Assembly (NCBI GenBank): GCA_040217195.1
Contig: JAVJNR010000010.1
Location: 1 to 64,000, forward strand
Length of the DNA: 64,000 nt
Source: Leptospiraceae bacterium
GTDB taxonomy: Bacteria; Spirochaetota; Leptospiria; Leptospirales; Leptonemataceae
Reading direction: 5' to 3'
Of this stretch, positions 19,640-29,063 are shown one piece after another. The stretch's first letter is position 1. Each line of letters opens with the position of its first letter. Below the pieces are notes generated by a model. It was not told where the DNA came from. It worked only from the letters and a program-made list of their open reading frames with translations, and did not search any database. The translations under genes and the position numbers were made by a program.

Positions 19640-20457
19640 ACCGGTACCTCTATGCGCTCCATAAGAGTCTTGATTACTTCGGCGGCCAACGCCGGGACTA
19701 TGGCATTCCCATAGGCGCGCAATCGTCCCATTCTTGCGCGTATCCCATGAGCCATCGGGCTAAGCCCGGATTGTATTGGCCTCGGCCTACCAATGGGGAA
19801 GGGGATGCGGTCAAATCCGTCCCAGGGGCCAGACCCGCTATCGCAGCCTGTCGTGGGAGCTGGTCGAGGCGGACTCGGGGGGATCCGTCCGGGTTGACTC
19901 CGGCAATGCTCTGCCCCGGGGAGTCTTTCCAGTCCCGTGCTGCCGGTGTTACCCAGCCACCCAACAAACCAGAGTCGCTGTCTGATGTGCGGTGCGCCGA
20001 CGCTACAAGCTGGTAGTACTGTCGCCCCCGTGGAGTAACCTTCGTCTTCCAGTGTATCGAGTAGATCATCGAGCCAGGAGTCCCGGTCGACTGCAGCGGC
20101 AACCTGTTCACCAAAGATGACAGAAGGCCGGAGGGCTCTGACCAAACGAATCCATTGGGGGGCAAGGTGCCTTTCGTCTCTGATTCCCGCCTGTCTTCCA
20201 GCAAGGGAGAACGGCTGACATGGTGGTGATCCGGTAAAGACGGGCCGATCATCCGGCCATCCTGCCTGTCGGAGGGCAAGGCTCCAGCCTCCGATTCCAG
20301 CGAAGAAGTGGTGCTGTCGATACCCGGTAAGGTCGTTTGCTCTGACATCCGCTATGCTCCTAGTGTCCACGTCGCCGTCGGCTATGAGCCCTTCATCTAT
20401 GAGATTCCGGAGCCATTGTGCGGCGAAAGGGTCTATTTCATTGTAGTATGCCGTCAT
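19630..20457 (-). CDS. C5 DNA cytosine methyltransferase, alpha polypeptide
   Basis: YYNEIDP, FFAGIGG, GSPPCQPFS, GEQV, PHIRQRLWFV, YGNAIVP; no motif IX in this frame. Confidence 0.9.
   Translation of the reverse strand: MTAYYNEIDPFAAQWLRNLIDEGLIADGDVDTRSIADVRANDLTGYRQHHFFAGIGGWSLALRQAGWPDDRPVFTGSPPCQPFSLAGRQAGIRDERHLAPQWIRLVRALRPSVIFGEQVAAAVDRDSWLDDLLDTLEDEGYSTGATVLPACSVGAPHIRQRLWFVGWLGNTGSTGLERLPGAEHCRSQPGRIPPSPPRPAPTTGCDSGSGPWDGFDRIPFPIGRPRPIQSGLSPMAHGIRARMGRLRAYGNAIVPALAAEVIKTLMERIEVPVCS
19698..20348 (-). CDS. Nested alternative-frame beta polypeptide of the C5 methyltransferase (TRD plus motif IX)
   Basis: WVTPAARDWKD and NPGLARWLMGYAQEW; start position uncertain. Confidence 0.75.
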   Translation of the reverse strand: MSEQTTLPGIDSTTSSLESEAGALPSDRQDGRMIGPSLPDHHHVSRSPLLEDRRESETKGTLPPNGFVWSEPSGLLSSLVNRLPLQSTGTPGSMIYSIHWKTKVTPRGRQYYQLVASAHRTSDSDSGLLGGWVTPAARDWKDSPGQSIAGVNPDGSPRVRLDQLPRQAAIAGLAPGTDLTASPSPLVGRGQYNPGLARWLMGYAQEWDDCAPMGMP

Positions 20458-20459
20458 TG

Positions 20460-21293
20460 TTATCTCGCATGCACGAAATCGGGGAAAAGATCCTGCTGAC
20501 CGAGGGCCTTCTGGCAGGCCGGATTCAGCCAGAGGCACTCGATTCTCTCATTTCGCTTGTTGTCTCTGGTTCGCTTTTCGACTCGCTTCCACCCAGCTCG
20601 CTCAAAAGTGATTTCGTAGAGCTTCGATGGATAGCCGCAGAGGACGATCATGGAGAGGCTTTTTCGGAGCCTGAGAAATAGAATGAAGTGCTCCCAGATG
20701 CTCATCATCTCATGTGTGTAGGCTCTTCCGGCCTTGCGGCAGATTCCCAAATAGGGAGGATCGACGAAAAAGAGAGTCTCGGGGCTGGAGCACTCCTTGA
20801 GGAGCTTGCCATAGTCCTTGCTTTCGATTACCACTCCCCGAAAACGCATTGCAGTCCGGTACAAGGGCCGAAGGTCTGCAAACATCGAGGCCGGTCGGTA
20901 TCCGCCGCTGGAGAATACATTTCCATAAGACCGGAATGAGCCACCCGCCCGGTTATTGCTCATGTTCATCCAGCAACGGGCATAGAATCGACGGGCTGTT
21001 TCCAGTTCGGATTCCGTCGAAGTCCGGGTTATCTCGAATTCGTCACGCGAGTAAGCGGTGAATCGAATGGAGCGTATCAGTTCCCGGGGTCGATCCCGGA
21101 GCACTCGAAAGAAAGTGCAGAGCTCTCCGTCCACGTCGTTGTAGTATTCAAATCGGGCGCGGTCCTTTCGCAGAAGCACGGATCCGCCTCCGCCAAAAAG
21201 GTCAACATACACCTTGTGCGCCGGGAAGTGCTCGAGGATCCAGTCGGTGAGAAGCCATTTCGAGCCGTTGTATTTCAGAACGGGTCTTTCCAT
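20460..21293 (-). CDS. Dam-family (D12 class) DNA adenine methyltransferase
   Basis: KYNGSKW, VDLFGGGGSV, YND, FVDPPY. Confidence 0.92.
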   Translation of the reverse strand: MERPVLKYNGSKWLLTDWILEHFPAHKVYVDLFGGGGSVLLRKDRARFEYYNDVDGELCTFFRVLRDRPRELIRSIRFTAYSRDEFEITRTSTESELETARRFYARCWMNMSNNRAGGSFRSYGNVFSSGGYRPASMFADLRPLYRTAMRFRGVVIESKDYGKLLKECSSPETLFFVDPPYLGICRKAGRAYTHEMMSIWEHFILFLRLRKSLSMIVLCGYPSKLYEITFERAGWKRVEKRTRDNKRNERIECLWLNPACQKALGQQDLFPDFVHAR

Positions 21294-21301
21294 GGATCCT
21301 C

Positions 21302-22054
21302 TCAGCGTTTAGAAACGATTACCTCGTTTATGGCTTTCCTGGCGGACTCCAGTTTCTGAATGTCCTCCTGCTTCAGGCCGCCGGTTGCCAGCTTGATGAA
21401 TTCCCGGGCTGCATAAATGCGGTCTGGTTGTCCCGGATCGAATCCGGCTTCTTTTAGAAGATCCCAGAGCATCTCAAGCTCCTGGTTTCGGCGTTCAAGG
21501 CGGGCTTTGTCTCTTCCAAGGTTTAGTATCTTCTCTGCAGTCTTATAGGCGATGAAGTGGCCGAGTTCTCGATCGCTCCGCTTTCCATCTTTGAGATCCT
21601 GGAAGTAGTCCCTTCGTGCATCACGGCCAGATATGTCTCTGGTTATCTCGCAGCGACACATAAGGAGATAGCGATACAGGCTGTTCGGGATCGGTCCCTT
21701 TCGGTAGACCGCCTTCTTTTTCGTGAAGACTTTCGTTTTCGTGCTGGCTACGGTAAGCAGTCCTGCTTCCGGAGGCAGTTCGTCCGGTCGGATGATTCCA
21801 GGAGGGGCTACAAAATAGAATTCATTGCAATAGTCCAGGTACCCATGCCACTTTGAGTCCCTCGTGAAATCAGAGCGGGTTACCTTGATTTCGTAGCCGA
21901 TAGCACTCGGCCTGCTCCAGGACTTTTTCATGGCCCAAGCATCCAGGATAAGCAAGCCGTTACCCGTGGGTCCGGTCTTTACCTCATCGACAAAGACATC
22001 ATCCTTGTGGCGGGAGCGGAGGAGCCGGAGGATTTCGTTCGCGGTGCACTTCAA
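21302..22054 (-). CDS. MmcB-like PD-(D/E)XK nuclease domain protein
   Basis: EVK...LDAWA...GYEIKVTRSDF..D.KW..YLDYCNEFYFV. Confidence 0.75.
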   Translation of the reverse strand: MKCTANEILRLLRSRHKDDVFVDEVKTGPTGNGLLILDAWAMKKSWSRPSAIGYEIKVTRSDFTRDSKWHGYLDYCNEFYFVAPPGIIRPDELPPEAGLLTVASTKTKVFTKKKAVYRKGPIPNSLYRYLLMCRCEITRDISGRDARRDYFQDLKDGKRSDRELGHFIAYKTAEKILNLGRDKARLERRNQELEMLWDLLKEAGFDPGQPDRIYAAREFIKLATGGLKQEDIQKLESARKAINEVIVSKR

Positions 22055-22362
22055 TTGCGCACCTCCCGGCCTCTCTGCTTTTGTCTATGGATAGAGAGCG
22101 GCCCAATTTCCTGGCCGGACGAGGCCCTGGCCAACGCCTGGGCCAGTTCATCTCGGCGAAAGGAAAGAACGTGGTCTCCTTCTACCACAAGGATTACATA
22201 GTCGCGGTCGACCACCGTATAACCGTCGCCCTTTAGATGAAGGGAGCCTGCTGACGTGATCGCTGGTGGCTGATCGACAAATTTGAATAGTGCCGACAAG
22301 CGAATTGCATCGGTGATTCTTCTTAGCTCCTTCCGGAACTGGGATTTGTTGGGGAGCTTCAT
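22051..22362 (-). CDS. Hypothetical phage protein
   Basis: ATGA coupling at both ends, GGAGG RBS. Confidence 0.65.
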   Translation of the reverse strand: MKLPNKSQFRKELRRITDAIRLSALFKFVDQPPAITSAGSLHLKGDGYTVVDRDYVILVVEGDHVLSFRRDELAQALARASSGQEIGPLSIHRQKQRGREVRN

Positions 22363-23087
22363 TTTCGTACCTCCAGAACTTTGAACGATAGCACCCATAC
22401 CGGAGGATTCTGTGCCCAACCGTATCGTCGCCGCTCCTTCGGGCCACGCCCGTTGTTAAGAAAATCCCAGAGGATTCGGAACCTTTCGACTGCTGAAAGA
22501 GTCTTGTACTCACCGGTGATGGGAACCGGTCCACAAGTGGAAACGCCTTCGGCAATCGCATCGGCTTCGGTAATCGAGCAGAGTCGTTCGGCTCTTAAGG
22601 CTGTGACCTCCAGCAAGATCCTGGAAGCCCATCGCGGCATGTGAATGGAGGGAACCTGGCCGCCAAAAATGGCACCGTTGTGACTGGCCAGCCTGCCCCA
22701 GGCTTCGCTGGCTTCCTCGGAATTCTCAATAGGGATGAAGGAACCATCGGCCTCATATTGGACGCCGTCCAATCCAGACTCCAGCTCCTTGGCGCGGCAA
22801 TTCTCACGAACCCAGAGGCGGGTTCCGACGTGCCCATAGGGACATCGCTCCAATAGCTCTGCGTTGGTCAGGTTGTGATACCGGCCCTGTTTATCCTGAA
22901 TCAGCCAGTCGAATTGCTTGAAATCGCTTTCTCGAATGCTCTTGATTTGTCCCCACCCGGAAAGTCGATTGATGATCCGGCGGGTAATGGTCTTTCCGTT
23001 GCCGGGCGAGTAATACCCGTCCAGAATCCTCCGGACCATGTCTCCGCTGAAGATCATGGGCTTTTCCTGGACCTTTACGGCGCTCAT
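22359..23087 (-). CDS. Conserved phage protein (ASCH/PUA-like)
   Basis: PMIFSGDMVRRIL, CPYG..G.RLWVRE, PSIHMPRWASRI, NPPVWV. Confidence 0.75.
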   Translation of the reverse strand: MSAVKVQEKPMIFSGDMVRRILDGYYSPGNGKTITRRIINRLSGWGQIKSIRESDFKQFDWLIQDKQGRYHNLTNAELLERCPYGHVGTRLWVRENCRAKELESGLDGVQYEADGSFIPIENSEEASEAWGRLASHNGAIFGGQVPSIHMPRWASRILLEVTALRAERLCSITEADAIAEGVSTCGPVPITGEYKTLSAVERFRILWDFLNNGRGPKERRRYGWAQNPPVWVLSFKVLEVRK

Positions 23088-23581
23088 TTTGCGGCCTCCA
23101 CGGCAAAGAGCTCCGGTTGAGATCGCTTTGATCGATTCAGGTAGGCCTCTGCTTCATCCATAAGGACCTCAAGAGCCCGGATGCACTTCTGGGGAAGAAC
23201 CGGACCATCCATGTCGTTTAGGTCCTCTTCGGGGAGGTACGGAGTATTCAGGACCAGTGGACTGTTGGAGTCGTTCAGTCCTCGCATCGATGTGATGCTG
23301 GCTCCCAGGATCTCGTCCTCACCTGCGTAGCCGAAGGTGACTCCACGGATGGAGTGGCGATAGAATTCGGCTTCCATGTCCTCCGGGTGCAGTTCGCAGA
23401 TTTCGATAACGGAAGGGATCAATCCCTGGAGGGCCTCCACAAAATCTGGATGTGGTTCATCCAGGCTGCTCATGGAGTATTCGTCCCAGGCATCCCCGTT
23501 TGACTTCTCCCATACCAGGGAAACCCGAAGTGGATCCCCGGTGTATTTGATCTTTCTGAATCTAATTCTATCTCTGTTCAT
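23084..23581 (-). CDS. Hypothetical phage protein
   Basis: AAGGAG RBS; coupled to the next gene. Confidence 0.7.
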   Translation of the reverse strand: MNRDRIRFRKIKYTGDPLRVSLVWEKSNGDAWDEYSMSSLDEPHPDFVEALQGLIPSVIEICELHPEDMEAEFYRHSIRGVTFGYAGEDEILGASITSMRGLNDSNSPLVLNTPYLPEEDLNDMDGPVLPQKCIRALEVLMDEAEAYLNRSKRSQPELFAVEAAK

Positions 23582-23801
23582 TTCGCACTCCTTGATAGGT
23601 TGCAAGATGGATCAGTTGTCCATCTTCAGGAACTTGCTCTGGGCGCTGTCGCGTAGCTGCCTCGATCTGCTTTCCCACTACAATGGCCCACTCGAAGCCC
23701 AGGATGTAGCAATGAGCAAGGCGGGCATCGAACTTGATGCTCTCGCTGAGCTCGCTCCCTGAGTCTTTATCCAGATTTTCGTATTGGGTTCCCATACCCA
23801 T
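23568..23801 (-). CDS. Hypothetical protein
   Basis: Fills the operon gap; start uncertain. Confidence 0.4.
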   Translation of the reverse strand: MGMGTQYENLDKDSGSELSESIKFDARLAHCYILGFEWAIVVGKQIEAATRQRPEQVPEDGQLIHLATYQGVRNEQR

Positions 23802-24591
23802 CTATCCCGAGACGCTCCATGCGCTCTAACTCTGCATTTATTCGCTGTTCGACCGTAAGCTCCCGGCTCGTGTTTGAAAGTGCCGGATCATTTTTTCGGG
23901 TTCTGCCATAATGGTCCGGATAATTGCTTCTGGATGGTTTTTCCCGTACCAAGCGGCCATTCTCATGACCTGCGTCCGGATTTTGTCCGGAACGTCTTTT
24001 ACGAGACCCTGGATCCCGTGCTCGGATAGACCGCTGTTTCTGGAAATCTCCATGGCATACGCCTTTCGGATGCGTTGCGTTTCCGACTGCCCGTTGTGGG
24101 TCTGGGTAGGTTTGGTTTTTGTTGCCTGCATGGCGGGCTCCTAATGCTTCCAGCCTGGGGCCGGGTGGTGTTGTTTTCCCTGTGCCGTTTTGGGGTGATC
24201 TTTTATGTTCCGCACCTCTGGACCGCGATTCATGTTTCGCTGCTCTGGGCCGCGATTCTGGATTCTCATGGGCGGTGAGATTCTCACTTCTCTGCGAATC
24301 AGTGTGAACTTGGTACAAGTTGCTCCTTCCATATCCGCGTCTCTGTACCGTAATCCAACCAGCTTGCTTGAGCTGCTGGATCACCTGGCTTATTCTGCGG
24401 GTTTTGATTTGCGACTGACCATGATCTTCAAGTCGTTCGGCTATCGCCTCCAGAGTGGGGAAGCAGACTTTGTCTTTGCCTTGGAAGGAGGCCAATGCCG
24501 CATATACCTGCAGTTCCTGCCGGGTCATTTGGGCAATCGCAGCAAGCGGAACCTTTGCCCATATTATGCTAATGTTTGGATTGTGACTCAT
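23767..24591 (-). CDS. HTH-domain putative replication initiator
   Basis: VYAAL...CFPTLEAIAERL...ISQVIQQLKQAGWI..RR...SNLY; downstream of the recombination genes. Confidence 0.7.
   Translation of the reverse strand: MSHNPNISIIWAKVPLAAIAQMTRQELQVYAALASFQGKDKVCFPTLEAIAERLEDHGQSQIKTRRISQVIQQLKQAGWITVQRRGYGRSNLYQVHTDSQRSENLTAHENPESRPRAAKHESRSRGAEHKRSPQNGTGKTTPPGPRLEALGARHAGNKNQTYPDPQRAVGNATHPKGVCHGDFQKQRSIRARDPGSRKRRSGQNPDAGHENGRLVREKPSRSNYPDHYGRTRKNDPALSNTSRELTVEQRINAELERMERLGIDGYGNPIRKSG
23838..24131 (-). CDS. Nested alternative-frame ORF inside the replication gene
   Basis: AGGAG 6 nt before ATG; helical, protein-like sequence. Confidence 0.45.
   Translation of the reverse strand: MQATKTKPTQTHNGQSETQRIRKAYAMEISRNSGLSEHGIQGLVKDVPDKIRTQVMRMAAWYGKNHPEAIIRTIMAEPEKMIRHFQTRAGSLRSNSE
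24205..24258. repeat. Two 27-bp tandem repeats inside the replication gene (possible iterons)
   Basis: atgttccgcacctctggaccgcgattc / atgtttcgctgctctgggccgcgattc, 4 mismatches. Confidence 0.6.
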
Positions 24592-24761
24592 TGTTACCTC
24601 ACCAGGGATGTATTGCGTAATAAACGGAGAAGATCAGCAAGATGCTGATTCCATAGGATATGAGCAGGAACCGACGGTTTCGGTGTCGGTCCGCTCTCCG
24701 CTTTCTGCTGAGATGCCGCATATCCGATGCGAAGAAGCTGGATCGTATCGTTGCTTCCATT

Positions 24762-25058
24762 TCAGTCTCCCGTGTAATCGTGGCGGCGACCTGAAGGCCG
24801 CTCTCTGTTTTCTATCCGGATTGTATAGTCCGGAATCTCTATGACCTTCCCCGAATAGCGCTGCAGGCGCGTTATGGCGAAGGCCAGGTCTTTCTGTAGC
24901 TGAAGGGCCGTTTCTCGGTCTTCGATTGGATGACCGTCCAGAAGTAGCTGGAAGTCCGCGTACTGGATCCGTCCTTCGAAGACCTTTCGACCATAATCGG
25001 GCGGCTTTGGTGCTACAGAGGTCTCATTGTCTGTTCGATTGATATTCAATGACTCCAT
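24762..25058 (-). CDS. Hypothetical phage protein
   Basis: GGAGGGAG RBS. Confidence 0.65.
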   Translation of the reverse strand: MESLNINRTDNETSVAPKPPDYGRKVFEGRIQYADFQLLLDGHPIEDRETALQLQKDLAFAITRLQRYSGKVIEIPDYTIRIENRERPSGRRHDYTGD

Positions 25059-25099
25059 TGCTGTGCTCTCCCTCCAAACGGATGATTGCCGAAAGCGGC

Positions 25100-25930
25100 C
25101 TATGCGGCCGCGTCGGCGGAATCGCTGGGGTCGTAATTCTTCTGGATGGTCCAGATTCGGAAGGCAGAGGAGAATGCGGCCAGAGCCCTGGAGCGATCCT
25201 GGTCGGACCAGATCTTGCTGAAGTAGCGTCCAGGTTGGTTCTTGTCCATGACCAGACTGGCCACGGCGTCAATCGTCATCATTTCCTGATGCTCCATGGC
25301 CTCTGCGTATGCAGACATCTGATAGCACCATTCTTCGTAGAAGTTGGGCTTCGGCTGACCTTTCTTGTCGTCTTTGACGTACTGGCTCTTTATATCTGCC
25401 AGGACGGTTCCTATGCCCGGAATCTCAAGAAGGAGGTCCGCGGTACCCGCATACCCTTCGGTAACGACGACCTTTTCGGATGCCAGGATCCTGGCGTCCG
25501 TCTCCCGTAGCCATCGCCTGAAAGCGACCACGTGACGAGCCACGGTTCGGAAGTCCGGTGAGAGTTCTCCGGTTTTTGCGAAGTGTTCGATGGCCGCATG
25601 GATCTGCTTTCCGGTGTCCGCTGCGCTGCTGGTCTCGGATTCCATATCCTCAACCACTCGCTTTGCGAAGTCTTCCGTCGGTTCATCCTTCTTACGGGGG
25701 AGGGTAAGGGAAGCCATGATAGCCTGCTCCAGCTTCCAGGACTCCAGGCCAGGTTTTGCTACGACCTTTAGCACTGTAGTCACGGAGGGCAGAAGGCCAA
25801 GTTTTCGAGCGTCTGCCAGGGTGGTTGGCTTTCGGTCCTTCCGCTTTTTGTCGGCATAGGGAACTGTATGCATTGGCTCCCCGTCCCGGGTATACCAGTG
25901 TGCGTCACTTTTCCGCTGGATCAGGCTCAT
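25100..25930 (-). CDS. PD-(D/E)XK exonuclease (partner of the annealing protein)
   Basis: LPSVTTVL, G..IH..IE, SE, YAGTADL, DIKS, QMSAY. Confidence 0.85.
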   Translation of the reverse strand: MSLIQRKSDAHWYTRDGEPMHTVPYADKKRKDRKPTTLADARKLGLLPSVTTVLKVVAKPGLESWKLEQAIMASLTLPRKKDEPTEDFAKRVVEDMESETSSAADTGKQIHAAIEHFAKTGELSPDFRTVARHVVAFRRWLRETDARILASEKVVVTEGYAGTADLLLEIPGIGTVLADIKSQYVKDDKKGQPKPNFYEEWCYQMSAYAEAMEHQEMMTIDAVASLVMDKNQPGRYFSKIWSDQDRSRALAAFSSAFRIWTIQKNYDPSDSADAAA

Positions 25931-26808
25931 TTGGCACCTCCTGCAGGCGCGAATAGCCCCAGACCAGGTTCTTCAGAGGGCTCGACTGCACCGGGCTGTT
26001 CTTCCTGTTCCTCGGAGTCGCCCGGGCGTTGCACGTTCTCCAGGGCCTGGGTCACCTGTTGGATGGCCGAGTCTGCGGCATTTAGCAGGCTCTCCTTTTC
26101 GTTTTCCGTAACGATGCCTTCCAGTTTCTGCTCGATGTAGCTTCGGATTCGTTGTAGGCGTTCCAGATCAAGTTCGCCCATGGCCTCTTCGATACCATTG
26201 TTTGCCCTGATGGACGTTTCGGAAGGCTCGGATTGAGGTGCTTCCGGCGCCTCATTAATGGTCTTTTCCGTACGGCCAGAACCAAAACCTTCGCCGAAAT
26301 CCATTACCTCTTCGGGAACGTAAAGGCCTTCGGCGACCTCCGGTGCGAGTGCCTTTACACCTTCGGAAATTACCCGGGCGGATAGCATTTGCCTGGGATA
26401 CATCTTCCAGTTCTGCTTGTCCGTGAGACCTGCCTTCTGAGCCATCTCCATGGTCCATTTGATTGTGATGACATTCCCCTGGCGGTCTGCGAACTCGGCC
26501 TCGCATACGCGATCGTCTCTCCGGATCCATCGCACCTGGTTTCCGGCCTTCTTGAAGTCTGCCAGCATTGTCTGGCTCTTCAATGCCGGTCGCCCCTGGA
26601 TGATGTCATAACGCTGCACTGCCTTCATCGGGTGCATGCCCGATGCCTGGCAAAGAAGCATCAACGCCATGGCCTGAGATTGGTCTTTCATCCCAAACAG
26701 GCCAGATTTCACGATTGTGTGGGCCATCTTTTCGAGTTCCGGCAGCGAATACTGCGCCGGAAGCTCGGGCGACTGGTCCTGTCGCATTGCTATGTCTTTC
26801 TCGGACAT
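25927..26808 (-). CDS. RecT/Red-beta-like single-strand annealing protein
   Basis: IIQGRPAL, AQKAGL...WKMYPRQML.AR...GLYVPEE; GGAGGGAG RBS. Confidence 0.8.
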   Translation of the reverse strand: MSEKDIAMRQDQSPELPAQYSLPELEKMAHTIVKSGLFGMKDQSQAMALMLLCQASGMHPMKAVQRYDIIQGRPALKSQTMLADFKKAGNQVRWIRRDDRVCEAEFADRQGNVITIKWTMEMAQKAGLTDKQNWKMYPRQMLSARVISEGVKALAPEVAEGLYVPEEVMDFGEGFGSGRTEKTINEAPEAPQSEPSETSIRANNGIEEAMGELDLERLQRIRSYIEQKLEGIVTENEKESLLNAADSAIQQVTQALENVQRPGDSEEQEEQPGAVEPSEEPGLGLFAPAGGAK

Positions 26809-26846
26809 ACACTCCCTCCAAATTCTAAGCTCACGCAGCGGAAACG

Positions 26847-27077
26847 CTACGGTCTGTATGTATTGATTAATTGCTGTGATTCTCGAAGATCCGGCTCCAG
26901 GCACTTCCAGCACCTGTCGTACTGGTAGAGCTTCACTCCCTTCGCTCCGCACCCTGCGCAATGGGGCTCTGCAATGGCGGACTCCAGCATATCCTGAAAG
27001 CCCGTCCCGCCGCCCGTCGAGGGGGCCGGTGCGATTGCAGGTGGCGCGGTCATTCTTTCAGTGCTCGTTACGATCAT
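26847..27077 (-). CDS. Small Zn-finger protein
   Basis: CAGC...CWKC; AAGGAGG RBS. Confidence 0.6.
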   Translation of the reverse strand: MIVTSTERMTAPPAIAPAPSTGGGTGFQDMLESAIAEPHCAGCGAKGVKLYQYDRCWKCLEPDLRESQQLINTYRP

Positions 27078-27420
27078 GGTTTGCCTCCTTTGCCTCGATG
27101 ACATTGAGCGTTTTGCTTCTGTAGCTCTCCTGATTTTGTAGCGGTAGAATAGGGCATTCGCTTGCCGGGTCGTGCTCCAGCACCGAATCGATCACTCCGA
27201 ATCGGACCTGGGCGAGGACCGTTGGGTGGTGGCACTGGATCGAGATATAGGCATCCTGGATGTGGTGCTCCAGTCGGACATGCGGGCAGTGGTAGCAATG
27301 GCTGCAGTCCTCTCGGGCAAGATAGGCGCGAGTCCATCTGTCCAGGGCACCAAGGGCCTTCTCATGTGCCTGATCGTGCTGGGTGGCCCGTGCTTTATGC
27401 ATTGCAGGCCTCCGGTTCAT
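27058..27420 (-). CDS. Hypothetical Cys/His-rich protein
   Basis: CSHCYHCPH, CHHP, CP; operon packing. Confidence 0.6.
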   Translation of the reverse strand: MNRRPAMHKARATQHDQAHEKALGALDRWTRAYLAREDCSHCYHCPHVRLEHHIQDAYISIQCHHPTVLAQVRFGVIDSVLEHDPASECPILPLQNQESYRSKTLNVIEAKEANHDRNEH

Positions 27421-27760
27421 CGTCGCCGTAACGACGCTGGTGGATCGAAACCAGAGATGCGGTCACGATGTAGAATAGGCCCGGGTGCTTGGACTCCAGC
27501 CGTTCCCTGCTGTTATCAAGAACCTGCAGGATGTAGTCCGGGGCGAAAATGCCGATCATGGCCAGGTATTCCAGCCAGAGTGTTGTGTGCTCTGGTCTGA
27601 CGACCTGCCCATATCGCTTGATCTCCGGGCGCATGCGTTCTGCCAGAGCAGGGGATAGCTGGAGACCTGCCTGGTATTCCAGATACAGGGCCGACGAAGC
27701 CATGTTCTCTTCTTCAGCTTCCAGGTTTCCTTCAAGCCCAAGCAGGGTCCGGGCACTCAT
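27395..27760 (-). CDS. Hypothetical phage protein
   Basis: ATGA-coupled to the antirepressor. Confidence 0.65.
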   Translation of the reverse strand: MSARTLLGLEGNLEAEEENMASSALYLEYQAGLQLSPALAERMRPEIKRYGQVVRPEHTTLWLEYLAMIGIFAPDYILQVLDNSRERLESKHPGLFYIVTASLVSIHQRRYGDDEPEACNA

Positions 27761-28497
27761 AGCAGGCCCTCCCGTTTTAGGAGTTTTCGTATTCCGTCGA
27801 CGCCCCGCTGGTAGACTCGGGTTCTATACGTGACCCCGGTTTCACCGTCCTTCTTCGGGTATTGCTGCTCCACGACTCGGAACCATCCGAGTTCGATATA
27901 TTGCTGGTAGGGGAGGTTGTCGGACTTCAGGACCTTTTGTCTTCGCAGGAACTGAAAGAGCTTGTTTGGCCCCATTCCCGGCACCTGAAGATTCTTGGCT
28001 ACGTCGCCAATGAGAAGGGTGTCTTTGGAATCTATGATGGCATCGTAAAACTCAACCTTCGGTTGCTGCTGCTCGATCTTACGCTGGAAATCCGCTGCGA
28101 GCTGCAGGGCATCGGCGAACGATTGAGGAACCTGATACCCGCCTGTCTTGCGGATCTGAGGGAGAACTTCGTGGGTCACCCAGCGCTTGAAAGCGCGCGC
28201 CTGCGATTTGTTGGAAGATATGATTAACTGGTAGAGTCCCGGCTCATTTATGCAGTTCACCTGAATCGTCAGACTGGCATTTTGGGGGTGGGTTACTTTT
28301 AATAACCCCCTTTCATCCGCATCGAGACGGTCCATTGCCCTGCTAACCTGGGACAGGCCGAGTGCTTTACAGACATCAGCCGCAACCCACCAGGGCTCAC
28401 CATCCCGGATTACCAACCGGACAGAATGGCCTCCGAAATCGAAAACCTGCGGTTCTTGCTCATGCTGGACCAGTGTTAGAGTCCTTTGACTGCTCAT
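27757..28497 (-). CDS. Phage antirepressor (BRO-N plus KilAC/ANT)
   Basis: GEPWWVAADVCKALGL, INEPGLY, FKRWVTHEVLPQIRKTGGY, PKVEFYD, PYQQY. Confidence 0.93.
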   Translation of the reverse strand: MSSQRTLTLVQHEQEPQVFDFGGHSVRLVIRDGEPWWVAADVCKALGLSQVSRAMDRLDADERGLLKVTHPQNASLTIQVNCINEPGLYQLIISSNKSQARAFKRWVTHEVLPQIRKTGGYQVPQSFADALQLAADFQRKIEQQQPKVEFYDAIIDSKDTLLIGDVAKNLQVPGMGPNKLFQFLRRQKVLKSDNLPYQQYIELGWFRVVEQQYPKKDGETGVTYRTRVYQRGVDGIRKLLKREGLL

Positions 28498-28799
28498 CGC
28501 GCTACCTCCTGTGGTTGAATAAGGCAGACTGCGATATCGACTCCGTTAGTCCGGGCATGGCCCTGAACGCAGTCTACAAGCTCCTGGAATTGCTCATCTT
28601 CCCAGACTGACGGTGAATCTAACCCGACGATAGGGGTGTTCGGCTTCTCCGGAATGTATTCAATCCAGGACCGAGTCGGGTAGTGATGCTCGATGTGATC
28701 CCGAATCCCTTCTGGATCCCGGCTCAGGACCGCGTTGGCCAGGTAGAACTCTTCTGCCAGTTTCACCGCTCTACCTCCTTGAATTCCATCGAATCGCAA
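28494..28799 (-). CDS. Hypothetical phage protein
   Basis: Coupled to the antirepressor; start uncertain. Confidence 0.55.
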   Translation of the reverse strand: MRFDGIQGGRAVKLAEEFYLANAVLSRDPEGIRDHIEHHYPTRSWIEYIPEKPNTPIVGLDSPSVWEDEQFQELVDCVQGHARTNGVDIAVCLIQPQEVAR

Positions 28800-28814
28800 T
28801 CCGATAGGGGGTGC

Positions 28815-29063
28815 ATGAACGAAGAGATACGTGCTGAAGTTGAAAGACTCCTGAAGGAATGGATTACGGATTTACCCAAAAAAGGGGAGGGGCCTCCGGA
28901 TCGACATGAAGTGCAGACGAAATTCTGGAAGTTCATCATCATTCTGAATCACCGCCTGGTTGAGCTTTGTCGGGATTCCCCCCAGGATTATATGGACAAT
29001 ATGGATTATTGCATTCGGATGCTGGAGGATGCGCTATTTGATCCCCGGATCCCGGAGGAGTAG
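28815..29063 (+). CDS. Hypothetical protein antisense to the early operon
   Basis: AGGGGG RBS; helical, protein-like sequence MNEEIRAEVERLL. Confidence 0.55.
   Translation: MNEEIRAEVERLLKEWITDLPKKGEGPPDRHEVQTKFWKFIIILNHRLVELCRDSPQDYMDNMDYCIRMLEDALFDPRIPEE

Noticed and set aside
25100..25930. Cas4 / CRISPR-Cas component
   Set aside because: No Fe-S cysteine set, no array or other cas genes; it is paired with a RecT-like gene.
28801..28814. CCGAT upstream of ORF 28815 as a member of the late-promoter set
   Set aside because: Only 9 nt from the ATG and followed by an RBS-like G run, so the geometry differs.
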